This document shows positions 12,595 through 24,969 of a stretch of DNA of 64,000 bases, one piece after another. Under the pieces are notes generated by a model. That model saw nothing but the letters and a program-made list of their open reading frames with translations, had not been told where the DNA came from and did not search any database. The position numbers and the translations under genes are program-made. Numbering within the stretch: the first letter of the stretch is position 1; each line of letters starts with the position of its first letter. The stretch comes from Heteronotia binoei (lineage: Eukaryota). Location: NCBI RefSeq assembly GCF_032191835.1, contig NC_083243.1, forward strand, positions 143,220,001-143,284,000. The letters run 5' to 3'.

Positions 12595-13450
12595 AACGAT
12601 TCCTAGCATCATTGTCTGTTCCAGTGACTCCTGTGTTCTCATGATATGACCAAAGTACAATAGCTTCAGTTTGGTCATTTTTACTTCTAGGGAGAATTCA
12701 GGCTTTATTTGCTCTAGAACCCATTTATTTGTCTTTTTGGTGATCCATGGTATCTGTAAAACTCTTCTCCAACACATTTCAAATTAGTCAACTTTCTTCC
12801 TGTCAGCCAGTGCTTTTTTTGTAGACAAAGCCCAGCATGAACTAATTTACATATTAGACCACACCCCCTGATATAATCATTGTTTCACACAGGGCTTTTT
12901 GTATTAAAAGTCCAGCAGGAACTCATTTGCATATTAGGCCATACACCCCTGATGCCAAGCCAGCCGGAACTCTGTTCCTATGTGTTCCTGCTCAAAAAAA
13001 GCCCTGTCAGCTTTCTTCATTCTCCAACTTTCACATCCATACATAGTAATAGGGAATAGTATGACATGAGTTAACTCGATCTTAGTCCCCAGTAACACAT
13101 CCCTACACTTAAGAATCTTTTCAAGCTCCTTCCCAGTCTTAGGCTCCTTCTGATTTCTTGGCTGCAGCTTCCTTTTAGATGATAGTGGAGCCAAAGAACA
13201 GAAAATCTTGAACAATTTATGAAATACAAGCTGATTTTCTTCTGATTTTCTCTCTCATATGTTTAAGTAACCAATGTAAATTTGCAATATGAACTCTAGT
13301 GCCTCTTCATTTTCTGAATCCAGATTGAACATCTGGCATTTCTTGCTCCATACATGGTAACAGTCTGTTTTTGTAAGATTCTGAGTATCACTTATACACA
13401 TGAGAGATTAATGTGATTGTCTAATAGTTGCTTCAGTCTTTGATGTCTCC
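12595..13450 (-). mobile_element. BovB/RTE LINE fragment, interrupted by a hAT MITE
   Basis: Reads CWRRVLQIPWITKKTNKWVLEQIKPEFSLEVKMTKLKLLYFGHIMR and FPITMYGCESW, typical of the RTE-BovB ORF C-terminus. The high-coordinate boundary is approximate. Confidence 0.85.
12808..13006. mobile_element. hAT MITE, family B (CAGGGCTTTTTTT termini, core gcatattaggccacaccc)
   Basis: TIR cagtgctttttt / aaaaaagccctg inside BovB. Other copies at 12128-12241, 23488-23692 (perfect TSD GTTATGCC), 29198-29309 and 50537-50615 (truncated). Confidence 0.8.
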
Positions 13451-14141
13451 TTTTTTGGAATTGGAATGTAAATTAAGCATTTTGAGTCTATATACCATTG
13501 TTTTATTTTCCATATTTGTTGACACAAACTTATTAAGATTTCGATGGGCTCTGTTTCTGTGGCTCAGAATAACTCTATGGATATCCTGTCTACTCCATCT
13601 ACAGCTAGTGATTTATTTATTCCAATTTATTCCAGTTGCTTTTACTTCACTTTCTAAAACTGTAGGTTTTTGTTCAAAATATTTTTTTTTAATGAATCAG
13701 TCATCCTTTCATCTCTTCTGTATATTTCTTCATGACTGGATTTATTCCCCACCCTTCACTTGGAGTCTCAAACTGAAGTGAAAACTGAAGACACAAAAAT
13801 GCATGTGGAAATCAGCGCATAAACTGAAGCAGTATGTGGTCAAAACTGACCAAAAATACATGGAAAAGCCTTATAGCTCTGTGCAGTGTAAAAGGGATTT
13901 TCTATTTAATTGTTTTCCATGCCAACTTTGTAGGCTAGAAGAAACTGACATACAGGCTGACTAATGAGCTTCAGGTCTGAATAATGAAATGGGTCTTTAC
14001 ATAGCCAACACAGTCTATCCATTATCCCCAATTAACAAGTGTATATCAGCTTTAATAACATTATTTCATAACACCATAGAACTTAACTTGGGCACATGCT
14101 TAATCAGAAAATGATGCTTTTCAATTTTTTTTCCATTAAAG

Positions 14142-14281
14142 CTTTGGCTGGATAGCAGAAGGATACACTGTTATTTCCCGGCAAACTTCCAACAATAAAT
14201 GTGGTCAGGGCAAAACTGGAGTAGTCGAATGGAAACTCTCTCCTACCAAGAAATCTAATGCCTACTGTTACAATTCTTCGG
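14142..14281 (+). CDS. LYVE1: LYVE1 exon 3 (Link module, C-terminal half)
   Basis: Acceptor ttccattaaAG; reads S-FGWIAEGYTVISRQTSNNKCGQGKTGVVEWKLSPTKKSNAYCYNSS; donor G|GTGAGT; 140 bp. Confidence 0.97.
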
Positions 14282-15131
14282 GTGAGTGAGCATGACGTAG
14301 ATTTATAAAATAATATTTTGTATCAAATCCCTTTCTGGAGTGGATATGGAAGAAATACTTTTTAAAGCTAAATAGTAGCTATAATTTTGTTATAAGCACA
14401 CTTTACTGCATTAATAGGCAACCATATAAATCTTACAAATAAGTAAGTTAAGGGTGTTTCCAGATGACAGACCCTCTTGTATGGGGAGCATCTACACGAA
14501 AAAGTGGTTCAAGAGGTATTCAAAGAGAACTTCTCAATATGCAAGTTTGCAGCAGTGGTAGCTGAGTTCAGTTCTGCCCTAGTTATGCGATTCATACAAT
14601 ATGCAAGTGGAACCGGCACTGGCACAACTCCCATCTGGCTTTCATATGTTAGGTGTACTGTCATGAGTCAAGTGCCCAAGCAGAAGGAAAGGATTTACAG
14701 AAATTGATACAGTCCAAAGTCTGTAATTTTCTGAAATCATGTTGGTGTTGGAAATTTTCATGAATGTTGGGAAGTGTAGGGCAGTGCAGCCTACAGTGAG
14801 CAGTGTTGGGCAAAAGCCTATCATCACTGCTTCATAGTATCTTAACATCAGTGATAGCTGCTATCACTGGTAGAGGAAGGAGCAAAACATCACATCATGA
14901 TGTCAGAACACAAGTAAATTCCTAAGTGTTTCTGAAGAGGAGCATAAATTAAATAGGCAGTGTTCCATCTTGGCAGCAACACACTCAATATAATGACGAG
15001 TTATACCATTTATTAATAACCTGTTTAAAAAACAACAGCACTGAGTAAACACTTGAGTGCATTGAGTGTACCAGATAAACATTTTAAATGCTCATAACAT
15101 TGACATGGGTTTGAATATCATTCACCACCAC

Positions 15132-15301
15132 CAGGGGTTATTTTGTAGCAAAATAGGTGGTGGAGCTCATCCAGAGATTGTTATGCAGCTACACATACTA
15201 TTCAATGGACAAGGAGGCGGATCTCTCAGAAGGAGGAGGAGGAACTCTCAGAAAGGTTCAGGAGCTGTGCTCCTGTGAGCTCCCACTGAATCTGAGGCCT
15301 G
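15132..15301. mobile_element. hAT MITE, family C (CAGGGGTCATTTTGTAG / GAATTCAAGCCTG termini)
   Basis: TSD ACCACCAC/ATCACCAC. Other copies at 16724-16890 (TSD GATGGGGG), 19902-20068 (TSD CTAGGAAT), and partial at about 16107 and 22505-22625. Confidence 0.8.
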
Positions 15302-16723
15302 ATCACCACTATTGTCAAAGTCACTTTCCAATAAATTTGTGCACAACTTTCAGAATTATGGTGCATAATACCACTCACAACAAGATATATTTGTTGAGGT
15401 AGAACTGTAGTCTATAAATGGCAAAATAAATGGCTTCAGTACTGGGAGATCAGAAATCCTACCCTGCAAGGGCCATCTTGTGAAAAGGCAACTAGATCCT
15501 GGACAAGAAATAATATAGCAATTGTGAACATTACACAAAAAAGTTGTATCATACTGGATATTTTATTTATTATAGATCTATTGATGATCTATGCAGTTCT
15601 AATAGCTTGAAAAATAAATGTAAGCAAAGCACTGGGGAGACATTTAAAATGTATCAGAACTATTAGCAGCAGCACCCTCAATATAAAATGTACTTGGTTG
15701 AAACCTGATGTAACTGTTGGCAGTCTAGCTATGGTACATAGCATTGTTTAAAGATTCAAATGAGGAAAGTCATTCAGCATCCTTTTTGGCAAAGGAAAAT
15801 GCGTCATCAGGCTTTCCACAAGGGATTCCTATTAAGAACTGTAAAGATGCCATTTCCTTTCATTATTTGACCATGTTTTCACTTATTTCAAACTACATAA
15901 GGTATATATACATCCTCTTAAAAATAAGGGATCACTTTTGCAATCCAGAGCTCTCCTCCTACATTTGCTATAATTAGAGATGTAAAATTTCTGGAATTTA
16001 AAGCTATGGGAAAAAATTGGAACTTTTTTGTTTATGGGGTTTTTTTTCTGGGAGAAAATGGAAAATTGGAATATACGTAGCAATTTTTCTTGTCATATGT
16101 AAATACAGGGGTTGTTTTGTAAAAAATAGGTGGTGGAGCTCATTAGCATAACTCATTAGCATATGCCAGCCAAAAGCAACCCAGCCAAAAGCAAGAAGAG
16201 AGAGCCCTGGGCAAGTGAGACCTGCTTGGGCTGGCCTCGCTTGCCTGGGACTCTTCTGGGCTGCCCTCCGCCACAGTCAAAAGGCCAGCAAGTAGGGTTG
16301 CAAAGTCCAGCTCAACAAATATCTGGGGACTTTTGGGGTGGAGCCAGGAGACTTCTGTGATGTCATTTTCTGTGATGTCACTTCCAGGTCAAAGATCAAG
16401 TGATGTCACTTCCACTCATTCGATGATGTCACTTCCAGCACACTCCACTAAAACCCCACATCTTCCTTTGACATCACTTTCTGGGCACTCTCCCAAACCT
16501 GCCTTTTCCTCTGAAGAAACTTCTTCCCACCCCTAAACTTCAAACATACTGTTGTATATAACTTCCCACCCCCACCTTTTCCCCATTTTACATTACCTCT
16601 AGGCCAGGGGTGGTCAAAATTGCTTAATGCTAAGAATCACATAGAATAAACATCAGCTGTTTGAGAGCCACAAGACATGAACATCAGCTGTTTGAAACAG
16701 GCACGTAGGCAAATAGATGGGGG

Positions 16724-16890
16724 CAGGGCTTGAATTTGGTAGGAGCTCACAGGAGCACAGCACCTGAACCTCCAGCCAGGGTCTGTATGCAGTGGGCAGT
16801 TCTCTCCCCACTGCACACAGATTCTGGGGCACACACAAATGAGATATGCTATTGAGCTCCCACACCTTCTTTTCTACAAAATGACCCCTG
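16724..16890. mobile_element. hAT MITE family C, nested in family A
   Basis: Perfect TSD GATGGGGG at 16716-16723 and 16891-16898. Confidence 0.85.
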
Positions 16891-17048
16891 GATGGGGGAG
16901 GAGGGAGGGAGAGGTGGGAAGAAAGCAACTTTAACTTTAAATGCATTCTCCAAGCTGCCAGCTGGCTTGGAAAAATGATTTAGAGAGAGAAATGCCTTCT
17001 CCAAGCTGGCCAATGGGGCAGCAGTGGGGGCTTCGGGAGCCACACAGT

Positions 17049-17335
17049 GGGTGTTTTCGCACTCACCTTCAGCCGGCGCCGCGACCCTCTTGACGACGGA
17101 GGATCTGTGCTGATTTCCCACACGAAGCGCTGGAGCAACCAGAAGAGCCGCCAATTTCCGGCGCGAAGCCCGCTCAAGCGTTTTCCTGCTTCTTGGCGAT
17201 TTACGTTTGAGCGGGCTTCGCGCCGGAAATTGGCGGCTCTTCTGGTTGCTCCAGCGCTTCGTGTGGGAAATCAGCACAGATCCTCCGTCGTCAAGAGGGT
17301 CGCGGCGCCGGCTGAAGGTGAGTGCGAAAACACCC
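17049..17335. mobile_element. 287-bp foldback MITE, probably PIF/Harbinger (copy 1)
   Basis: 129-bp perfect inverted arms starting GGGTGTTTTCGCAC, 29-bp spacer, 3-bp TSD AGT at 17046-17048 and 17336-17338. Confidence 0.9.
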
Positions 17336-17841
17336 AGTATGTGTGAAAGAGCCACATGTGACTCCTGAGCCTCAGTTTGGCCACCCTTGCTCTAGACTTT
17401 TAGGCCTCCTGCCTGTGCAAAAATAACAAAAGAAATTGCATAAAGCATCAAGGATGCTGTAGAATCTTACTGATGGGGAGAGTTATAGACAATATAGCAA
17501 AACATATTTACTTGTACCAAAATAAATAACCTAACCAAAGAACTCTGGATTGGTTTGTTTTTAAAGAAGGTCAAATTTCAGCAGAAAACAAAGCAGGCCA
17601 AAAGAAGAGAATTTGACTTAAGCAGCAATAGGGAACTCCAGCAGATACATTTCACTCAGCACACATACCAAGCATAATTCATAGCTTCAAAACAGACCAA
17701 AAAAAACCCTCACCACCACAAAAATGCAGTGTTAATTTGAAAATTATACTGTCATCAGATTGTGCTTTAACAATAAAAAATAATGCCAACAGAATACTTT
17801 CTGCATATACTCCACAACTAATTTAAGAAGAAGAAGATATA

Positions 17842-18503
17842 TTTGCAATAAAAAAGGCCAACGCCATGCTGGGAATTATTAGGAAGGGAATTGAAAACAA
17901 ATCAGCCAGTATCATAATGCCCCTGTATAAATCGATGGTGCGGTCTCATTTGGAGTACTGTGTGCAGTTCTGGTCGCCGCACCTCAAAAAGGATATTATG
18001 GCATTAGAGAAGGTGCAGAGAAGGGCAACTAGAATGATTAAAGGGCTGGAGCACTTTCCCTATGAAGAAAGGTTGAAACGCTTGGGACTCTTTAGCTTGG
18101 AGAAACGTCGACTGCGGGGTGACATGATAGAGGTTTACAAGATAATGCATGGAATGGAGAAAGTAGAGAAAGAAGTACTTTTCTCCCTTTCTCACAATAC
18201 AAGAACTCGTGGGCATTCGATGAAATTGCTGAGCAGACAGGTTAAAACGGATAAAAGGAAGTACTTCTTCACCCAAAGGGTGATTAACATGTGGAATTCA
18301 CTGCCACAGGAGGTGGTGGCGGCCACAAGTATAGCCACCTTCAAGAGGGGTTTAGATAAAAATATGGAGCACAGGTCCATCAGTGGCTATTAGCCACAGT
18401 GTATGTGTGTATATAACATGTGTGTATATAACATTTTGTGACACAGAGTGTTGGACTTGATGGGCCGTTGGCCTGATCCAACATGGCTTCTCTTATGTTC
18501 TTA
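17842..18503 (+). mobile_element. Young 5'-truncated CR1 LINE
   Basis: Open ORF2 C-terminus ([56 protein letters not shown]) and (TTCTTATG)-type 3' tail. Confidence 0.95.
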
Positions 18504-18730
18504 TATACAACACACAGGTAGAGGCTATCCAACATATAACATTAGTATTGTTATCAGCTTCGTTTATAGCCCACCTTCCTCACTGAGACTCAGGACAGAA
18601 TATAAAAAATGAAAAGAAATTCAATCAGACAGCAAGAGCCTTTAAAAAACAATGTATTAGGACTACAATTACTGAAGTGGAGAACAATGCAAATGAATTA
18701 CTTGGAAAAATATTCAAAAGCAGTATAGTG

Positions 18731-19005
18731 CAGGGGTGGCTAAACTGTGGCTCAGGAGCCACATGTAGCTCTTTCACACATATTGTGTGGCTGTCAAAGC
18801 CCACACCACCCTGTCAGCTGACTTGGAGAAGGCATTTCTCTCTTTAAATCAAGCCTAGTCAACCAGTGGTTTGAAGAATGCATTTAAAGTTGCTTTCTTT
18901 CCACCTCTCCCTCCCCTCAGCTATTTGCCTGCCTGCCTTCCTGCTCTCAAACATCTGACATCTATTCTATGTGGCTCTTACATTACACAAGTTTGGCCAC
19001 CCCTT
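18731..19005. mobile_element. hAT family A copy, opposite orientation
   Basis: TIR caggggtggctaaact / agtttggccacccct; degenerate TSD GTATAGTG/GTCTAGAG. Confidence 0.75.
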
Positions 19006-19654
19006 GTCTAGAGCATGGCATAAAAGTTCTGCCAAAAATGAAGCCCTTTACACCGACTTTAGTAGGAAAGAAAAGCATGCAATGTTGATTCTGTTAACTT
19101 CTTCGTGAATTTCCTGCATTGTGTAGGGGGTTGGACTAGGTGACCGTGGAGGCCCTTCCAGCTCTAAGGTTCAATTATTCTATGCACTGAACTGCACACT
19201 TCACACTATGCAAAATGCACAACAGAAAACTGTAGGAACCTAGGGATGCCAGCCTCCAGGTGGGACCTGGGGAATCCCCTGGAATTACAGCTCATTTTTA
19301 GACTACACACTGGAGAAAACTGCTGCTTCAGAGGGGGAACTGTATGACATTATACCCTGCTGAGGTGCCTTTCCTCTCCAGGTTATGTCCCCAAATCTCC
19401 ACAAGTTTCTCATCTGGATATGGCAACCCAACTCCCCCATTCCCTGCCAGTGACCAGGAGCTCTTATATTTCTTTTCTGTGGAAGGTAGCCTTTTGATAC
19501 TTTTATTCTCCTAGCAGAAACTGCCTGCATCTTAACTATGATATATAACTAAAAGTACTACTGAATTTGTTTACTTTGCAAATTAAGTTTGTCAACTGAA
19601 AACTTAAGGAAGGATATAACTGTGTTTCACACATCTCCTTCCCTGAGTCATAGG

Positions 19655-19790
19655 CAGGAGTGGCCAACAGTAGCTCTCCAGGTGTTTTTGCCTACAACTC
19701 CCATCAGCCCCAGTCATTGGCTTTGCTGGCTGGGGCTGATGGGAGTTGTAGGCAAAAAAAACATCTAGAGAGCTACCGTTTGCCACTCCT
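19655..19790. mobile_element. Palindromic hAT-type MITE (ctacaactcccatcagcc family)
   Basis: Arms of about 60 bp; TSD GTCATAGG on both sides. Confidence 0.85.
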
Positions 19791-20329
19791 GTCATAGGGC
19801 ATTCCAGCCCCTCTTCTTTACAGTGCCAGTTGCTGGTTTGAACAACTAGCATCCACTGGATGTTATTTTGCTTTGTAATCAGTTCACAAATGTCTAGGAA
19901 TCAAGCCTTGAATTCAGCAGGAGCTCACAGGAGCACAGCTCTTGAACCTTTCTGAGGGTTCCCCTTCCTCCTCCCCACCTACATTCCTAGTCCATTGAAT
20001 AGTAGTTGCAGCTACATAACAATCCCTGGATGAGCTCCATCACCTATTTTTCTACAAAATGACCCCTACTAGGAATTATTACAGGCTGCCAAAGAAGGAA
20101 GGCACAACTAGATTCACAGCAACAACAGTCCCAAAGCAATTCCATAACTGGCATAAAGAAATCTCTTAGCACCTCCGTCAGCCAAATCCAAGATGAAAAA
20201 CTATTTCTTTGCATATGTCTCATGTCCACTTTTTAAACAGGCTTGTGGGCCATCAAGGACCAAACTCTGACGTATTTGCATAGCTGGAAAATATTCTTCA
20301 CAACAGGCTGTTTTTAAACATTTGTAACT

Positions 20330-20585
20330 ATCATCATCATCGTTTTATTTATATCCCGCCCTCCCCGCCGAAGCAGGCTCAGGGCGGCTAACAACAATCA
20401 ATACATTCATTATACAGTAATTGACAAAACTAATTTAACAATTTAATTAAAATTCTATAAAATTCTAAAACGATAAAATTAATATTAGTATGCTGGTGCT
20501 ATTATACAGATGGTAAGTTTACTTAGCAGTCTCTCTCTTTAGTCGGTGAAGGCCATTCGAAAAAGGATGGTCTTGCAGGCTCTGC
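20330..20585 (-). mobile_element. L2 3'-end fragment
   Basis: (ATC)n tail plus atcccgccctccccgccgaagcaggctcagggcggct, the reverse complement of the 9105-9150 L2 terminus. Shorter tail copies at about 4403, 4645, 7277, 49505, 55330 and 63630. Confidence 0.75.
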
Positions 20586-23487
20586 ATGGCTCTGATATGT
20601 TGCATGACTGTACATAGCAAACTGGTTCTAAAACAGAGAAATAACTTATCCTTTCAGTTCCCCTGGAGATTAGCACAGAATAGCTCTTGTCCCCTTCTGA
20701 TCTTTGTAAATTGGAGATGACCTGTAATTTTAGGGGAACCCCAGCTCCCACCTGGAGGCTGGCATCCTTCCAGGATATGCTGCAGAAAGGCTTCTGTTCT
20801 TGGTTTTTTAGCTCTTTGCTTTTCTGCCTTCTTTCTATTCTCCACCCCTCCACTGTGCAAGACGTTTCCCCTGGAAAATCCTCTTCTGTGCCCTTTATTT
20901 TATTTTATTTTTAAATTCAAAACTGGCCCTGAAATCCTGTTGCTGGAGCCCTGTTTTGTCCAGGTCCAAACCTCTCCCCCACGCCCACCTTTACACTGAG
21001 AAAAAAAAATTACAATTTACAATGCAGTTGGGAGAGAAGAAGCAAAAGTTTGTTTGGGAGACCACGTGGAAGGAAGCTGGGGAAGGAAGAGGAAAAGCTG
21101 AGTCTGGGAGGAGCAAGAGAGACTTCGGGAAGGAAGGAAGGTGCCGAAGTGGAACTGAGTTGGGAGGGGAGGAGCCAAGGTGGGGGGGGGAAGCTAGGGA
21201 ACCTGTTTAAAGGAGCAGGGGAAATTTCTTGCTCCAAATGCTACACTAAGCAGGAAAGTCCCAACTCTTCCCGATTTACTTAGCCACCCACGAGTGAGCA
21301 CATGGCTCTAAATAAAAGCTTCCAAGCCTCCCAGCCTCAGTGAAGCAACGAGCCCGATAGTATCCTCCACCCCCAAGCTTCGACAGCAAAGTGAAGCCTG
21401 CCCAGAGAGCCTGCATGCCATGGTGACCAAGTCCCAACTCTTCCCGGTAGTGCCAACGGGCCACCCGTGCACTCACCCACCCCCAAGCACATGACTCCTT
21501 GCTCCCAGTCCCCCAGACTAAGCCACAGCAGCACCAAGCAAAGGGTTAAATTGCATTTTCCTCTGCCCCCAGCTCCAACAGCAAATCGAGGCAAATCAAA
21601 TATAAATAAAAAAAATTAAAACCCCTCTTAACTGCAGCAGAGCTTGCATTGCTATTGCAGACTCCAGCTTTTCCCAGCAGCAGCAGCAACCCGGCAAGGA
21701 TCCTCCCACACTCTCCCACCTTGCTGGAGCACATGGCTCCAAAGATCCGAAGCCTCTTGGAGTCCCAACTAATCTGCTCTGCTGCAACAGCCAACGGCAA
21801 GGGACCCTAATACATTCTCCCCCACCCTTGGTCTCAATGGCAGAAGCACGGTGGCCAGCAAGGGCCTGCTGGCCACTTAGGAACTCAACAGCAGCCCGGC
21901 CTGTCTGCCCCAACTAAAGAAAGAGAATGCTTTACCTCCTTGAACCTTCAGCTCAGTGGTGCAGCAGCATGGCTGCTACTCACCTAAGCTACTCTTGTGG
22001 GTTTGGGAAAGGGACGCAGGTGACCAGTAAGGAAGTGCCCAGCACCAAATGAGAGCTGCTGTGAATGGGTGGAGCTAAGAAGGTGGGGCGAGCCCATTCC
22101 TTTCTCCAGTCAATGCCTGCAGATGGGCAATTGGAGATTTGTGTTCTGGCTGGGGGCGTCACTGGTGAAGGCAATCAACACAAAAGGGAACTTGGAGCGT
22201 TGCTCCTTGGAGGACTCCTGCTGAGCTGCTCTGGGATTCATCTCTATGGTTTCCATAGAATTCAGTTCTAGAGCGTCACACATGGCAGCCATTTTGTCCC
22301 CCGCCGAGGGTGGGGTCCTCAGATTGGGGGATCCCCCGCTCCCTGCGGGGGGGGCGGGTTGGCAAGCCTACCAGCAAGCCATCCACCTCCCAAAATCACA
22401 TAAGAAGTGGAGAAAGGGTGGTGCGGGCTTCTCCAGGGGTTAATGAGGGCTTCAGGGGGTGGGGCAAAGCTCCTGGTGGCTGGCTGGCTGCCCACTCTCC
22501 TTATCCAGGGATTGTTATGCAGCTGCATCTACTATTGTATGGACAGCATAGGTGGGGAGGAGGAGGGGGGGCATCAGAAAGGTCCAGGAGCTGCACTCCT
22601 GTGAGCTCCTACTGAATGAGCTCCTCCTGTTGGCACCTACCTGTAATGAAAGAGGAACAGTGTTAGTGCCTTCAGGGCATACATCACCTGGACAGAGAAG
22701 GGTGTGGCCATCATGCAGAATCTGCCAGTACACAGATTGGTGCTTGCCAGCTGCCACAGGATTTTGGCTGGGGGGTGGTGTTGCCACCTGGCTAGGCAAG
22801 CAGCCTAGTCCACAGCTGTCCCAGTGACCCCTCTCTCCCAGCAGCGGCCTCATGTGGGCTGCAATGCACCTGGCTGCCTGGTGTGCAGCATCCATGTGGT
22901 TCTGGGGGTCCTCTGCTCATCCCCCATGGTTGCTGGGTTTGGGAGGGAGTGACACCATGTCCAGTGTGGCTTAGTGCCACTAAGGTAGGCCCAGGGGAGG
23001 TATGGGGTGAAGGACTGGAAGCCTTGCTTACTTGTTCACACTTGGCTGCCCTTTGGGATCCCAGTGAAGGGCCTGCTGTACCTGTGCGGTTCAAAAACAG
23101 AGAGATCAGCCAAGAAGTGTGGACTTCACTCTCTCCATGGTGTCTTCCCCCCAGGTGCTCACCTAGCGGTGGTCATTACCCTATCTGCCCCCACTGGGGT
23201 GCATGCATGCTTGGAGCAATTTACACAGGATAGGAATAATCAATAATTATGTTAAAAATTTAAAATACAATAAAGCAATTCATTTCCTGAGATGGTGGGA
23301 AAATATTTCCAAAAGCTGACTGGGGGGAAGGGTTGCAGAAGGTGGGGAAGTGAGAGTGCCAGATTGTATACTGTATCATTGCTGTTCTCAACCAGTGGAA
23401 CATCTCTGCCTTACTGTCAGGATCCATATTCTGTCTCCTGTCAAGTTTTGTTTTGTGTCATTATCTTGCTATGTTGAATGTTATGCC

Positions 23488-23692
23488 CAGGGCTTTTTTG
23501 GTAGAAAAAGCCCAGCAGGAACTATTCTGCATATTAGGCCACACCCTCCTGATGTCACTGTTGTTTCACATAGCAGTTTTTAATAGAAAAGGCTCAACAG
23601 GAATTCATTTGCATATAAAGCCACACCGCCTGATACCAAGCCAGCTGCAGCGGTATTCCTGTGCGTTCCTGCTAAAAAAAAAAAAAGCCTGG
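23488..23692. mobile_element. hAT MITE, family B
   Basis: Perfect 8-bp TSD GTTATGCC at 23480-23487 and 23693-23700. Confidence 0.85.
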
Positions 23693-23737
23693 GTTATGCC
23701 TATGTGCTGGTCTGGTGAAGGTTATTAATCCTCCCCC

Positions 23738-24969
23738 CAGGGATGTCTTTATGGGCCAGCATTATGGGCCCCAGGCAAAGCAGTGTACTGGGCTCCTATA
23801 ACAACTACTCACAGGAATAAAAATGTAAATGGTCGATAAAATTAAATCTATATTTATTTTATTGGCACTTCCATTAAAAACATTCTGTGCAGCAACAACT
23901 AATCAACATTTGAACAATACACCAGGCTTAAAAAACACAATAATACTCAGTAAGCCATACAGATTAGATGTCACAGTATGAAATTACTACGAATTTCTTA
24001 TTATAACAAGCATTTGCAGCATTTCTTAGCAGAAAATTGCTTTATTATTGGCTTGAAGTCATTGGTCTTCAGGATGTCATTTTCCATGCACATGAGTGAA
24101 AGCCAGTTCAAATGATGCTGCCCCATTGTGTTACGAAGCTGATTTTTTATAAGTTTCAGTCTTGAAAAATAACATTCTCCTGTATTGTTGGTCACCATCA
24201 TGCACATGAATACTCTGAGTGCAATTTCAACATTCGGGAATACAGATTTCAAATTGTCAGAAATTATTTTTCTGTACAATGCAGGGAGAGTCTCACAATT
24301 TTCATCAAGAGCCATTTAGTGCTTGAGATGTTCACATTCATTTAAAAGGTCATCGTAATTAATGTCTTTGTGATACATATTAGCCACATGTTCACACTTT
24401 TTCTTCAGTGCATCAGAAGCGATGGTTTTCAATTCACTGAAGAAAGAAAACAGATTTCCATTCTGTGAATAAGTTTCTGCACGTTTTGTCAGTTCAAAGA
24501 TTAAAGTGTCCAGAATAGGGAGGAAAGTTGCTACCTTGAACTTTTCGCTTTTACTGAGAAGTACCTCTTCTGCTGCTGATGATCCATCATATCTAGTAAG
24601 ACACACACTTCGTTTTCGTTCCCATTTTTTCTCATCACTGTAATCTTATCTGGACACATACTCCTGGCTTTGAATTCATATTCACTAAATTTATCTCTAG
24701 TTTCCCAAAGATAGGTTTTCATAGACTCAAGATTTGTGGCAACAAGGATGTTAACATCCTTTGACTGCAGGATCTTGCTTGTTTTGTTCATTCTTTCTAG
24801 CATGTCATTCCAAAGAATTGTGAAAAAGACTGTTTCCAGGTTTTCCATTTTCACAAACTATCAATACCTGGTTATTAGTACTGCATCATACACAGATTAG
24901 TATGGGACCCCTATTCTTGTGGGGCCCATGGGCAAGTGCCCATCAGGCCCATGCATTAAGACAGCCCTG
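23738..24969 (-). mobile_element. Internally deleted hAT transposon with broken transposase C-terminus (Tip100/ZMYM1-like)
   Basis: TIR cagggatgtctttatg / cattaagacagccctg; perfect TSD CCTCCCCC at 23730-23737 and 24970-24977. Frames 24531-24854, 24316-24606 and 24001-24315 end in the hAT dimerisation motif VFPNVEIALRVFMCMMVTNNTGECYFSRLKLIKNQLRNTMGQ. Confidence 0.9.

Larger units (their letters stand above)
16605..17389. mobile_element. hAT family A copy carrying two nested insertions
   Basis: TIR caggggtggtcaaa / tttggccacccttg; TSD CTCTAGGC/CTCTAGAC; contains 16724-16890 and 17049-17335. Confidence 0.85.

Noticed and set aside
14477-14870. Short ORFs that might be a transposase remnant (also 27661-28060)
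   Set aside because: No motif I can assign with confidence.
16849-17355. Overlapping ORFs on both strands (also 30481-31240, including a 228-aa ORF)
   Set aside because: They arise from the GC-rich palindromic MITE, which reads alike on both strands. No protein family is evident.
21250-23230. GC-richer tract with many short ORFs in LYVE1 intron 3
   Set aside because: It looks like a mosaic of degraded repeats. No splice-consistent exon or domain was found.
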